From Phyllobates terribilis (taxonomy: Eukaryota): DNA of 64,000 bases. The notes under the pieces were generated by a model. It searched no databases and was not told the origin of the DNA. It saw nothing but the letters and a program-made list of their open reading frames with translations. Of this stretch, positions 37,401-51,200 are shown piece by piece. The translations under genes were made by a program, and so were the position numbers. The stretch's first letter is position 1; the number at the start of each line of letters is the position of its first letter. The DNA lies in assembly GCF_046119375.1 (NCBI RefSeq), contig NW_027362772.1, positions 314,650,001-314,714,000 on the forward strand, written 5' to 3'.

Positions 37401-40400
37401 CTCTCACTCCAGCCTGACTGACAGCTATTCAGTCTCCACCATCCCAGCCTGACTGACAGCTATTCACTCTCCATTCACTCCAGCCTGACTGACAGCTATT
37501 CAGTCTCCTCTCACTCCAGCCTGACTGACAGCTATTCAGTCTCCACTCACTCCAGCCTGACTCACAGCTATTCAGTTTCCACCCTCCCAGCCTGACTCAC
37601 AGCTATTCAGTCTCCACTCACTCCAGCCTGACTGACAGCTATTCACCTACTCCAGCCTGACTGACAGCTATTCAGTCTCCACTCACTCCAGCCTGACTGA
37701 CAGCTATTCAGTCTCCACTCACTCCAGCCTGACTGACAGCTGTTCAGTCTCCACTCACTCCAGCCTGACTGACAGCTATTCAGTCTCCACTCACTCCAGC
37801 CAGACTGACAGCTATTCAGTCTCCACTCACTCCAGCCTGACTGAAAGCTATTTAGTCTCCACTCACTCCAGCCAGACTGACAGCTATTCAGTCTCCACTC
37901 ACTCCAGCCTAACTGACAGCTATTTAGTCTTCACCTTCCCAGCCTGACTGACAGCTATTCAGTCTCCACCCTCCCAGCCTGACTAACAGCTATTCAGTCT
38001 CCACCCTCCCAGCCTGACTGACAGCTATTCAGGCTCCACCCTCCCAGCCTGACTGACAGCTTTTCAGTCTCCACTCACTCCAGCCTGACTGACAGCTATT
38101 CAGTCTCCAATCACTCCAGCCTGCCTGACAGCTATTCAGTCTCCACCCTCCTAGCCTGACAGCTATTCAGTCTCTACTCACTCCAGCCTGACTGACAGCT
38201 ATTCAGTCTCCACCCTCCCAGCCTGACTGCTATTCAGTCTCCTCTCACTCCAGCCTGACTGACAGCTATTCAGTCTCCACTCACTCCAGCCTGACTGACA
38301 GCTATTCAGTCTCCACTCACTCCAGCCTGACAGCTATTCAGTCTCCACTCACTCCAGCCTGACTGAAAGCTATGTAGTCTCCACTCACTCCAGCCAGACT
38401 GACAGCAATTTAGTCTCCACCCTCTCGGCCTCCCTGACAGCTATTCAGTCTTCACCCTCCCAGCCTGACTGACAGCTATTCAGTCTCCACTCACTCCAGC
38501 CTGACTCACAGCTATTCAGTTTCCACCCTCCCAGCCTGACTCACAGCTAATCAGTCTCCACTCACTCCAGCCTGATTGACAGCTATTCACCCACTCCAGC
38601 CTGACTGACAGCTATTCAGTCTCCACTCACTCCAGCCTGACTGACAGCTATTCAGTGTCCACTCACTCCAGCCTGACTGACAGCTGTTCAGTCTCCACTC
38701 ACTCCAGCCTGACTGACAGCTATTCAGTCTCCCCTCACTCCAGCCAGACTGACAGCTATTCAGTCTCCACTCACTCCAGCCTGACTGACAGCTATTCAGT
38801 CTCCACTCACTCCAGCCAGACTGACAGCTATTCAGTCTCCACTCACTCCAGCCTGACTGAAAGCTATTTAGTCTCCACTCACTCCAGCCAGACTCACAGC
38901 TATTCAGTCTCCACTCACTCCAGCCTAACTGACAGCTATTTAGTCTTCACCTTCCCAGCCTGACTGACAGCTATTCAGTCTCCACCCTCCCAGCCTGACT
39001 AACAGCTATTCAGTCTCCACCCTCCCAGCCTGACTGACAGCTATTCAGGCTCCACCCTCCCAGCCTGACTGACAGCTTTTCAGTCTCCACTCACTCCAGC
39101 CTGACTGACAGCTATTCAGTCTCCACTCACTCCAGCCTGCCTGACAGCTATTCAGTCTCCACCCTCCTAGCCTGACAGCTATTCAGTCTCTACTCACTCC
39201 AGCCTGACTGACAGCTATTCAGTCTCCACCCTCCCAGCCTGACTGCTATTCAGTCTCCTCTCACTCCAGCCTGACTGACAGCTATTCAGTCTCCACTCAC
39301 TCCAACCTGACTGACAGCTATTCAGTCTCCACTCACTCCAGCCTGACAGCTATTCAGTCTCCACTCACTCCAGCCTGACTGAAAGCTATGTAGTCTCCAC
39401 TCACTCCAGCCAGACTGACAGCAATTTAGTCTCCACCCTCTCGGCCTCCCTGACAGCTATTCAGTCTTCACCCTCCCAGCCTGACTGACAGCTATTCAGT
39501 CTCCACTCACTCCAGCCTGACTGAAAGCTATTTAGTCTCCACTCACTCCAGCCAGACTGACAGCTATTCAGTCTCCACTCACTCCAGCCTAACTGACAGC
39601 TATTTAGTCTTCACCTTCCCAGCCTGACTGACAGCTATTCAGTCTCCACCCTCCCAGCCTGACTAACAGCTATTCAGTCTCCACCCTCCCAGCCTGACTG
39701 ACAGCTATTCAGGCTCCACCCTCCCAGCCTGACTGACAGCTTTTCAGTCTCCACTCACTCCAGCCTGACTGACAGCTATTCAGTCTCCACTCACTCCAGC
39801 CTGCCTGACAGCTATTCAGTCTCCACCCTCCTAGCCTGACAGCTATTCAGTCTCTACTCACTCCAGCCTGACTGACAGCTATTCAGTCTCCACCCTCCCA
39901 GCCTGACTGCTATTCAGTCTCCTCTCACTGCAGCCTGACTGACAGCTATTCAGTCTCCACTCACTCCAGCCTGACTGACAGCTATTCAGTCTCCACTCAC
40001 TCCAGCCTGACAGCTATTCAGTCTCCACTCACTCCAGCCTGACTGAAAGCTATGTAGTCTCCACTCACTCCAGCCAGACTGACAGCAATTTAGTCTCCAC
40101 CCTCTCGGCCTCCCTGACAGCTATTCAGTCTTCACCCTCCCAGCCTGACTGACAGCTATGCAGTCTCCACTCACTCCAGCCTGACTCACAGCTATTCAGT
40201 TTCCACCCTCCCAGCCTGACTCACAGCTAATCAGTCTCCACTCACTCCAGCCTGATTGACAGCTATTCACCCACTCCAGCCTGACTGACAGCTATTCAGT
40301 CTCCACTCACTCCAGCCTGACTGACAGCTATTCAGTCTCCACTCACTCCAGCCTGACTGACAGCTGTTCAGTCTCCACTCACTCCAGCCTGACTGACAGC

Positions 40401-43044
40401 TATTCAGTCTCCACTCACTCCAGCCAGACTGACAGCTATTCAGTCTCCACTCACTCCAGCCTGACTGAAAGCTATTTAGTCTCCACTCACTCCAGCCAGA
40501 CTGACAGCTATTTAGTCTTCACCTTCCTAGCCTGACTGACAGCTATTCAGTCTCCACCCTCCCAGCCTGACTGACAGCTATTCAGGCTCCACCCTCCCTG
40601 CCTGACTGACAGCTTTTCAGTCTCCAATCACTCCAACCTGACTGACAGCTATTCAGTCTCCACTCACTCCAGCCTGCCTGACAGCTATTCAGTCTCCACC
40701 CTCCTAGCCTGACAGCTATTCAGTCTCTACTCACTCCAGCCTGACTGACAGCTATTCAGTCTCCACCCTCCCAACCTGACTGCTATTCAGTCTCCTTTCA
40801 CTCCAGCCTGACTGACAGCTATTCAGTCTCCACCCTCCCATCTTGACTGACTGCTATTCAGTCTCCACTCACTCCAGCCTGACTGACAGCTATTCAGTCT
40901 CCACTCACTCCAGCCTGACAGACAGCTATTCAGTCTCCACTCACTCCAGCCTGACTGACAGCTGTTCACCCACTCCATCCTGATTGACAGCTAGTCAGTC
41001 TCCACTCACTCCAGCCTGACTGACAGCTATTCAGTCTCCACTCACTCCAGCCTGACTGACAGCTATTCAGTCTCCACTCACTCCAGCCTGACTGACAGCT
41101 ATTCTGTCTCCACTCACTCCAGCCTGACTGACAGCTATTCAGTCACCACCCTCCCAGCCTGACTGACAGCTATTCAGTCTCCACTCACTCCAGCCTGACT
41201 GACAGCTACTCAGTCTCCACCCTCCCAGTCTGACTGACAGCTATTCAGTCTCCTCTCACTCCAGCCTGACTGACAGCTGTTCAGTCTCCACTCACTCCAG
41301 CCTAACTGACAGCTATTCAGTCTCCCCCTCCCAGCCTGACTGACAGCTATTCAGTCTCCACTCACTCCAGCCAGACTGAAAGCTATTTAGTCTCCACTCA
41401 CTCCAGCCAGACTGACAGCAATTTAGTCTCCACCCTCCCAGCCTGACTGACAGTTATTCAGTCTCCACCCTCCCAGCCTGACTGACAACTATTCAGTCTC
41501 CACCCTCCCAGTCTGACTGACAGCTATTCAGTCTCCACCCTCCCAGCCTGACAGCTATTCAGTCTCCACTCACTCCAGCCTGACTGACAGCTATTCAGTC
41601 TCCACCCTCCCAGCCTGACAGCTATTCAGTCTCCTCTCACTCCAGCCTGACTGACAGCTATGCAGTCTCCACCATCCCAGCCTGACTGACAGCTATTCAC
41701 TCTCCATTCACTCCAGCCTGACTGACAGCTATTCACTCTCCATTCACTCCAGCCTGACTGACAGCTATTCAGTCTCCTCTCACTCCAGCCTGACTGACAG
41801 CTATTCAGTCTCCACCATCCCAGCCTGATTGACAGCTATTCACTCTCCATTCACTCCAGCCTGACTGACAGCTATTCAGTCTCCTCTCACTCCAGCCTGA
41901 CTGACAGCTATTCAGTCTCCACTCACTCCAGCCTGACTGACAGCTGTTCAGTCTCCACTCACTCCAGCCTGACTGACAGCTATTCAGTCTCCACTCACTC
42001 CAGCCTGACTGACAGCTATTCAGTCTCCACTTACTCCAGCCAGACTGACAGCTATTCAGTCTCCACTCACTCCAGCCTGACTGACAGCTATTCAGTCTCC
42101 ACTCACTCCAGCCTAACTGACAGCTATTCAGTCTCCACTCACTCCAGCCTAACTGACAGCTATTCAGTCTCCACCCTCCCAGCCAGACTGACAGCTATTC
42201 AGTCTCCACTTACTCCAGCCAGACTGACAGCTATTCAGTCTCCACTCACTCCAGCCTGACTGAAAGCTATTTAGTCTCCACCCTCCCAGCCTGACTGACA
42301 GCTATTCAGTCTCCACCTTCCCAGCCTGACTGACAGCTATTTAGTCTCCACCCTCCCAGCCTGACTCACAGCTATTCGGTCTCCACTCACTCCAGCCTGA
42401 CTGACAGCTATTCAGTCTCCACTCACTCCAGCCTGACTGACAGCTATTCAGTCTCCACTCACTCCAGCCTGACTGACAGCTATTCAGTCTCCACTCACTC
42501 CAGCCTGACTGACAGCTATTTAGTCTCCACCTTCCCAGCCTGACTGACAGCTATTTAGTCTCCACCCTCCCAGCCTGACTCACAGCTATTCGGTCTCCAC
42601 TCACTCCAGCCTGACTGACAGCTATTCAGTCTCCACTCACTCCAGCCTGACTGACAGCTATTCAGTCTCCACTCACTCCAGCCTGACTGACAGCTATTTA
42701 GTCTCCACCTTCCCAGCCTGACTGACAGCTATTTAGTCTCCACCCTCCCAGCCTGACTCACAGCTATTCGGTCTCCACTCACTCCAGCCTGACTGACAGC
42801 TATTCAGTCTCCACTCACTCCAGCCTGACTGACAGCTATTCAGTCTCCACTCACTCCAGCCTGACTGACAGCTATTTAGTCTCCACCCTCCCAACCTGAC
42901 TGACAGCTATTAAGTCTCCACCCACTTTAGCCTGACTGACAGCTATTCAGTCTCCACCCTCCCAGCCTGACTGACAGCTATTCAGTCTCCACCCTCCCAG
43001 CCTGACTGACAGATAATCAGTCTCCACCCACTCCAGCCTGACTG
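25490..43044. repeat. 17.5-kb satellite array of interspersed 36- and 35-bp units (~490 units)
   Basis: Units CAGCCTGACTGACAGCTATTCAGTCTCCACTCACTC and ...TCTCCACCCTCC; no interruptions seen. Confidence 0.97.
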
Positions 43045-43122
43045 TCAGATGCAGCTTGCAATGAGCAGTGTGAGGTCCCAGCAGCTGGAGGGACACTGAG
43101 GAGAACTAAGGAGTGATGCTAA

Positions 43123-46100
43123 TGTAGCACCCTGAGGACTCGGCTGCTACAGGGGTATTACACCTCAAGCCAGAGGTGTGGTATTCCACTCCCGGGTAAG
43201 GATGGAGTGTGGGACTGAGCTCAGATAGCTGCATACACTACATACATCCCATTTCCGGGGGACAGACCGACGGTACTCCCACCAGTATATGTGCAGGTAC
43301 GACAGTGTCTGTCCCTGGCTGGAGTGGGAGGGGGGTGGAACATCCCAGTAGTGTAGGGGCAGATAGGGGGAGCAGTCTGGGTAAGGCTAGGAGCTCATTG
43401 GGTGCTGGTCACCTGAGCTCACACATAGAGGGAGTATATAAGGTGGGCACCATCTTAGATCAGGGTCAGTCTTCTGTAGAGGGTCAGTCAGTCCTGAGAG
43501 AGGTCCAGGAGCGCCTGTAGAGAGAAGAGAGAGAGGAGAAGAGAAGGACCCAGAGGGGGAGAAGAAGGAACCCCAAGAACCCAGTATACAACCAGAAGGG
43601 TGAAGGGTTGGCACGCAAGGGAACCGGATCCCAAATTAGTGGAGGAGAGAAACTACCCTCAACTAAGAACCGGAGGCTGCGACATTACATGTGGAGCAGC
43701 CCCTCACCAAGTCCACTAAGAAGGCACACTGAGCATAGGGTCAGGGAAGCCAAAGAAGGTTCACCCAACAGGAGACCCGAGGGAGCCGGACATAAGTGGA
43801 CCCCTGGTGGGAACGGCCAGTAGAGAAGACAGTCAGAAAGGGAGCTCAGGACCACGCTCCAGAATTGCTTGGGGGTTGGCCGAGTCCAGGACCTGGTGGA
43901 CGCAGCACGGCTCGGGCGGTCACTCAAGGCCAGAGTGACCAACAGAACAGCAGTAAGTAAAAACCCTGAACTGCACAGCCCGACTCTGAGTCTTCTTACC
44001 ATCCACACTGCACCACCACTACCACCATCCTCTACACCTGACCCCCTGAGGCTATACCCCTCCCGTTGGGGGTTATACTACCACAGCTGCACATATACCA
44101 CCAGCCTCAGCGGACCCTGCTGCAGCGGCGGCCTTTTGACCTCAAATCAACGGGTGGCGTAGTCGACACTAAGAACAACTAATAACATCTGTAAAGACTG
44201 CCACACACTGAGTTTGACACCCTGGGCACGGACCGGGTCGCCGCCACTCGGAGACTACAACCCCCATCAGATCCGGCTCCGGGTAATCCCCGAACAGCAC
44301 TGGCCCAGGGGGCGCGTCAACTTTGGCGTAGTCGGCAGGATTTCGTGCCCGCAACCACCGGGTACTGTTTGCCTGAAGAAAAGTTCAAATTTACCTCAAG
44401 AAGAAGTCTCCCGCCGGTTCCAGAGGGTCCCCGCCATGGGACGCCATCACGGATCGTTTCCCGCCGGTTGCCCGCCATCTGCAGCTTTTTCCCGCCATTT
44501 CCAGAAGATTTCCCGCCTTGGAAGAGCGGACGCCATTATGGGCGTGCCAGAGGGTGGCAAGAGGTCACCTCCCATCGTGGGCCAGGTAAAGGAATGGCGC
44601 CAAAAGCGGAAACCGCCCCCACCAACGGAGACTGTGATGCTAGAGATGTCCATCAGCGTGAGAGAACTGCCCCTGGAACTGACAATCACAAAGTTGCCCC
44701 GGGACCACCTTCAATGTGGGCGGAGACAGAACAAGAGAGCGAAGATGGGTGCAGCCTGGAGAAGTCTGGAGAGAGCGCACCCGGAGACAAGAAGTCTGGA
44801 GAGGACTCCGGAGAAGTCGTACCCGGAGATGGAAGGAGAGTCAGGCAGCACCGACCCTGTGGTCAGGAGCCTGCTGCAAGCAACAACCCCACTAGGCTTA
44901 GTGGAGATCCTGGCACAGCTCCCCCGAGACCGGGAGTGTGCGCAGACCGCGCTGGAGCGCCTCGCATGGAGGATGGCCCAGGTGCAGCGAGAGATGCTGA
45001 CGAAGTGGAGCCGAGAGATGGCCCTGCAGGCAAGAACCCGCCAGCGAAGCACGCCACCCGAGACGAGGAGACAGACCGCCTCTGAGGATGGTGCAGGAGG
45101 AGTGAAGGCCGGAGACGGCGCCGAAGAGGGAGCTGAACAGATGGAGGCAGGTAAAGGGGACGTCACTACCCCGAGCCGAGAAACCGCGTGCCTGCCCCAG
45201 CTCCCCGTCGCAGAGCCCGAAAATCCCCCTGCCGTGCCCGTCGCTGCATCGTCACCGCTCCAGACAAGGCCTCAAGCAGAAGCCGCGGCCGCGACCCCTG
45301 TGACGTCACGCGCCTCAATCCTGAGCGCGGCAAAGCAGGAAACACCACCGGCCTGGTCGCAAGGTCTAGTACCCCCGGGCGCCGCAGTACCAACAGCGCC
45401 CTCTACCTCCACTGAGCCACCGGCCTGGTCGCTGGGCCAAGTAACCCCGGGCGCCGCCGTCTTCACGGTGCCCTTTACGTTCAGGGTACCCCAGGCCTGG
45501 TCGCAAGGCCTGGCGAACCCGGGCGCCGCCACCACCACCGCGCCCTCAACATCCACAGCGCCACACCTGGGTGAAGACCTATTTGCCCAGCATACGTGCC
45601 CGGATGGGCAGCCCTTTAGATGGCCACCGGAGTACTACCAACTGGAACTCCAAAAAGCAAGGCCCCTGGATGAGCCCCTGATCCCGGCTCCGGCGCCCGC
45701 CAAGATCACCCCACTCTCGCTGGAGGAAGGAGCTGGAGGACGTCGCCACTGATGTACAGTAGGAGCACTGTAAATAGTTACCCGTGAAGGTACAATAACT
45801 GTTACCATTATAGTCCCCGTTGGGACCAGTGAACTGTTCCAGTGTGTCCCATCTCCCCACAGGCTGAGGACTGTGAACAGCCATCCCTTTTCCCCACTGG
45901 TCGAGGACTGAGAGCGGCCATATTTCCCCTTGTATATAGTTGCGCTTTTTAAGGCGCCCCCTACTGGTTTTATAGGAAAGCTGTGTTATTCTACAAGAGA
46001 CTGTCGCACTTTACCCGGTCACAAGTTGCACCGTCGCCGGAGGAACAAGAAAGTTTACAAGAATGTTTATTATGAAAAAGTTTTATGCTGCAGAAATATA

Positions 46101-47403
46101 TATATAATGTTTTATATGTTTATGTTGTTATGAAAAAAAATTGTATGTTTATGGATGTTTTATTCTCTTACAGCCCGAGGACGTGCTGTGATTTACCAGG
46201 GGGGAATGTAGCACCCTGAGGACTCGGCTGCTACAGGGGTATTACACCTCAAGCCAGAGGTGTGGTATTCCACTCCCGGGTAAGGATGGAGTGTGGGACT
46301 GAGCTCAGATAGCTGCATACACTATATACATCCCATTTCCGGGGGACAGACCGACGGTACTCCCACCAGTATATGTGCAGGTACGACAGTGTCTGTCCCT
46401 GGCTGGAGTGGGAGGGGGGTGGAACATCCCAGTAGTGTAGGGGCAGATAGGGGGAGCAGTCTGGGTAAGGCTAGGAGCTCATTGGGTGCTGGTCACCTGA
46501 GCTCACACATAGAGGGAGTATATAAGGTGGGCACCATCTTAGATCAGGGTCAGTCTTCTGTAGAGGGTCAGTCAGTCCTGAGAGAGGTCCAGGAGCGCCT
46601 GTAGAGAGAAGAGAGAGAGGAGAAGAGAAGGACCCAGAGGGGGAGAAGAAGGAACCCCAAGAACCCAGTATACAACCAGAAGGGTGAAGGGTTGGCACGC
46701 AAGGGAACCGGATCCCAAATTAGTGGAGGAGAGAAACTACCCTCAACTAAGAACCGGAGGCTGCGACATTACATGTGGAGCAGCCCCTCACCAAGTCCAC
46801 TAAGAAGGCACACCGAGCATAGGGTCAGGGAAGCCAAAGAAGGTTCACCCAACAGGAGACCCGAGGGAGCCGGACATAAGTGGACCCCTGGTGGGAACGG
46901 CCAGTAGAGAGGACAGTCAGAAAGGGAGCTCAGGACCACGCTCCAGAATTGCTTGGGGGTTGGCCTAGTCCAGTACCTGGTGGACGCAGCACGACTCGGG
47001 CGGTCACTCAAGGCCAGAGTGACCAACAGAACAGCAGTAAGTAAAAACCCTGAACTGCACAGCCCGACTCTGAGTCTTCTTACCATCCACACTGCACCAC
47101 CACTACCACCATCCTCTACACCTGACCCCCTGAGGCTATACCCCTCCCGTTGGGGGTTATACTACCACAGCTGCACATATACCACCAGCCTCAGCGGACC
47201 CTGCTGCAGCGGCGGCCTTTTGACCGCAAATCAACGGGTGGCGTAGTCGACACTAAGAACAACTAATAACATCTGTAAAGACTGCCACACACTGAGTTTG
47301 ACACCCTGGGCACGGACCGGGTCGCCGCCACTCGGAGACTACAACCCCCATCAGATCCGGCTCCGGGTAATCCCCGAACAGCACTGGCCCAGGGGGCGCG
47401 TCA
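43123..47403 (+). mobile_element. Non-autonomous LTR element B (CSD-deleted derivative)
   Basis: 1197-bp LTRs 43123-44319 and 46207-47403 (~7 differences by eye); perfect TSD CTAA; tRNA-Ser PBS 44324-44341; PPT before 46207. Confidence 0.95.
44538..45752 (+). CDS. Element B ORF: homolog of the element C protein lacking the C-terminal coiled coil and CSD
   Basis: MGVPEGGKR...PLDEPLIPAP...LEE|GAGGRRH*; in-frame fusion to the same terminal codons as element A; start codon assumed. Confidence 0.7.
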   Translation: MGVPEGGKRSPPIVGQVKEWRQKRKPPPPTETVMLEMSISVRELPLELTITKLPRDHLQCGRRQNKRAKMGAAWRSLERAHPETRSLERTPEKSYPEMEGESGSTDPVVRSLLQATTPLGLVEILAQLPRDRECAQTALERLAWRMAQVQREMLTKWSREMALQARTRQRSTPPETRRQTASEDGAGGVKAGDGAEEGAEQMEAGKGDVTTPSRETACLPQLPVAEPENPPAVPVAASSPLQTRPQAEAAAATPVTSRASILSAAKQETPPAWSQGLVPPGAAVPTAPSTSTEPPAWSLGQVTPGAAVFTVPFTFRVPQAWSQGLANPGAATTTAPSTSTAPHLGEDLFAQHTCPDGQPFRWPPEYYQLELQKARPLDEPLIPAPAPAKITPLSLEEGAGGRRH

Positions 47404-48204
47404 CTAACATAGATTTTCAGAGTAAATGCACCAGCCTCATCAGCTCTATTTATCAATATGCAGATTGTATTGTAAAATCTTGTAAAAGATTTTGAATAAA
47501 CCAAAGAGAGCAAGATAATTCAATGCTACGAGATCACGACTTGACCCGACCAGTGTCGCGGTCCTCATATAATGCCTGGTCCGTGCTGCTGTGTCATTCA
47601 CCTTAATTTCTAAATCTATTTTCAATTTTTTCCCCTAATTAACACATTGCCGTCCGGACGCAGGGGTGAGTCTGCCGCTCTTTGCTCCCCTAGAAATACA
47701 GAATATATATTTTGCTTGAGTTCTGATCATTCTGATATAAGTAACATCTAAAGGATGCAAAATAAAAAAATTATGACATAAAACTGCAAATGTGAACGGC
47801 GCCTGATTGTGTGTTCTATGTTCGTATAAGGCGGAGTTTGTTGGATCACATCATTAGTAATATCCAATGTTCCTCCAGATGCTTCATCCACCTGCATTGA
47901 CTTTGGATGCAGATGACGTTCGGGATAGTTATGTTCTCATTAATATTCATGAATATTGATAAATGCACCAAAAACAACAAATACAATGAGAAGTAACAGA
48001 GAGAAAGTCAAACTGATCCGCAGAGATCCCAACACATCATCCCGCGTAGATCAGTGTATGAAGGGGATTTACACCAACCCCAGAAACCAATGGCTGTGTG
48101 AATACAGCCAGCTCCAGACCCAGCGGTGGTGAAACCGGGGGCAGGGCTGACAACCTCTCACACATGTGTACAGGCTGGTTGTCAGCAGTAATAGGCTAGG
48201 ATCA

Positions 48205-51200
48205 TGACGCGCCCCCTGGGACATATTCCTTTTTGAGGGGAATACCCGGCACCGGATCAGATGGGGGGTTGTAGTCTCCGAGCGGCTGTGACCCGGCCCC
48301 GTGCCCAGGGCGTCAAGCTCAGTGTTATGTGGCAGCTTTACAGATGTTACTAAAGTTCTTTTGTGTCGACTACGCCACCCGTTGTGATGCGGTCACTGTG
48401 GCCGCCGCTGCAGCAGGGTCCGCTGAGGCTGATGGTGGATGCGCAGCTTGGTGGGATAACCCCCAACGGGAGGGGTATAGCCTCAGAGGGGACAGGCGCA
48501 GAGGATGGGGGTTGTGGTGGTGCGGTGCAGCCGGCAATGAAGACAGACTCGGGTTGTGCAGTTAAGGGTGTTTACTTACTGCAGATGTTGTACTGGTCAC
48601 TCCAGCTGCTAGTGACCACCCGAGCCGTGCTGCGTCCACCAGGTCCTGGATCCAGCCAACCCCCAAACAAGTCCGGAGCGTGGCCCTGAGCTCTCCCTCT
48701 GTCCTTTCTTCAGCCGTCCCCACCAGTGATCCACCTAGGTCCAGCTCCCTCGGGCCTTCTGTTGGGACACCCTTGGCCCTGGGTTCCCTGACCCTTCATG
48801 TGGTGTGCCTTCGGGGTGAATATGGTGGGTGACCGTGGCAAACGCTGCCCACGATCTCCGGTCTCTGGCTAGGGATTGTTTTTGCCCCCACCAGCTTGGG
48901 TTCCGGTACCCTGATGCTGACTCCTCACCCGGTGCTCTAGTTTGGGTTCTTGGGTCCCTTCAGTCTTCCCCCTCTGGGTCTTTCTCTGCTCCACTCTCTC
49001 TCTCTCCAGGGCTGCTGTTTCCTTCTCTCTCCTCTCCAACTCACTTTCTGCGTCTGAACTTGTCCTCTGCAGCTGACTGACCCTGATCTAAGTTGGTGCC
49101 CTCCTTATATATCCCTCTATGTGTGAGCTCAGGTGACCAGCACCCAATGAGCTCCTATCACTACCCAGACTGCTCCCCCTATCTGCCCCTACACTACATG
49201 GGATGTACCACCCCCCTCCCACTCCAGCCAGGAACAGGCTCGGTTGTACCTGCACATTTCTAAGTGGGAGTACCGTCGGCCTGCTCCTCTGAAATGGGAT
49301 GTATGTAGTGCATGCAGTCTATCTGAGCTCAGTTCCACACTCCATCCTTACCCGGGAGTGGAATATCACACCTCTGGGTTGAGGTGCAATACCCCTGTAG
49401 CAGCCGAATCCTCAGGGTGCTACATTCCCCCCTGGTAAATCACAGCACGTCCTCGGGCTGTAAAGACATAAAACACCAAAACATACAATTTTTTTTTTCA
49501 TATAAACATATAAAACATATAAAACATTATATATATAAAACTTTTTTATATAAACATTCTCGTAGACTTCTCTTGTCTCTGGTTCCTCCTCCGGACACTG
49601 TGCAACGTGTGTCCGGGAAAAGTGCGACAGTCTCTTAGAAAAACTGGTTTTCTATAAAACCGGTAGGGGGCGCTTTAGGAAGCGCAACTATATACAGGGA
49701 GAAGTTGGAAGTTGGCCGCTCTCAGTCCTCGGCCAGGTAGAGGGAAGGGAATGGCTGCTCACAGTCCTCAGCCTGTAGGATAAAGGGGTTAACGGGTAAA
49801 CAGTTCACTGGTCCCAACGGGGACTATTTTAGCTCTAACGGTTCACTGTGCCCCGACGGGCAACTATATACAGTCTCTACTCCCGTCCTCAACGACGGCT
49901 CCCTCCTGCTTTTTCTTGATATGGTGTTGCTTCAGACCCGTCCGGGTCCTCTGGCTCCTCCTCTCCGTACCGCAACTCCTCCTCCGTCAAGCGGTGTACG
50001 TGGAGGGCGTAAGGTCCTTTGGCACACTTGTGCCGGGTGAAAGTGACTTCGTCTCCGACGTAGAGGTCACGGCCTTTGTGACCTTCCGGCAGGTGGGACT
50101 CGACGTCTCTGCGAGTCACAAAAACGTCACCGCGGTTGTTACGGTCCCGAATAAAGCCCCACCCATGCTGCGGGTTGAACTTTATCACTGTCCCGATGGT
50201 GCGGGGACAATGCGCTGCACGGGGGTTCCTCCTAGTCCGGCTCTTCTGCTCCGCGCTCCGGATTTGGGCCTGTTGTTCTCTGACCCGCCTCTCCTCCCGT
50301 TCTCTCTTAAACTCTGCTAGCTGCTGACGACAACACTCAGTACGCTCAGCGGCGACTGCCCGAGTTTCCTGAGTGAACCCCATTAGATCTTCTCCGGTGG
50401 GGTCCCACTCAAACTGTGCTTCCGCTAGCGGGGGCGAGATCCGTGCCACGGGCTTCGGAGCCGGAATCAGGGGTTCATCCAGGGGTCTTAGTCTCTGCTG
50501 CCGTTCCAGCTCATGGTATCCTTCGGGCCAGATGAAGGGCCGCCCGTCCGGCCATGTGAGCTGGCTGAAGAGGTCCTCCCCCAGGTGTGGCACCCTTGGT
50601 ATTGCGGGCGCGGGCGCGGTGGTGGTGGCGCCCGGGTTGCCCAGGCCTTGCGGCCAGGCCTGGGGCACCTGGAAGGTGAAGGGCACCGTTAGGACGGCGG
50701 CGCCCTGGGCTACCTGGCCTTGCGGCCAGGCCGGAGGCTCCGCGGAGGTAGGGGGCGCTGTTGGTGGTGCGGCGCCCGGGGGTACTAGGCCTTGCGACCA
50801 GGCTGGTGGTAATTCCTGCTTTGTCACGCTCCGGGTCGAGGCGCGTGACGTCACAGGGGTCGCTGCGGCGGCTTCCGGTCGGGGCCTAGTCCATGGCGGT
50901 GACATGGCGGCTACGGGCACAGCAGGGGGACTTTCGGGCTCTGCGACGGGGAGCTGGGGCAGGTGGGCGGTTTCTCGGCTTGGGGTATAGGCGTCCCCTT
51001 TACCTGCCTCCATGCGTTCGGCTCCCTCCTCGGCGCCGTCTCCGGCCTTGGGTCCTCCCGCGCCATCCTCAGAGGCGGTCTGCTTCCTCGTCTCGGGCGG
51101 CGTGCTCCGCTGACAGGTCTCGGTCTGCTGGGCCATCTCACGGCTCCACTGCGCCAACGTCTCTCGCTGCACCCGGGCCATCCTCCTTGCGAGGCCCTCC

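Noticed and set aside
15491-43044. Common origin of the 39-bp and 35/36-bp satellites (shared CTGACTG, CTCACT, CTCCAG words)
   Set aside because: Shared words are short, in different order, and explainable by similar composition
44345-45085. 246-aa overlapping ORF in element B
   Set aside because: Created by B's leader indel; the equivalent frame closes earlier in C
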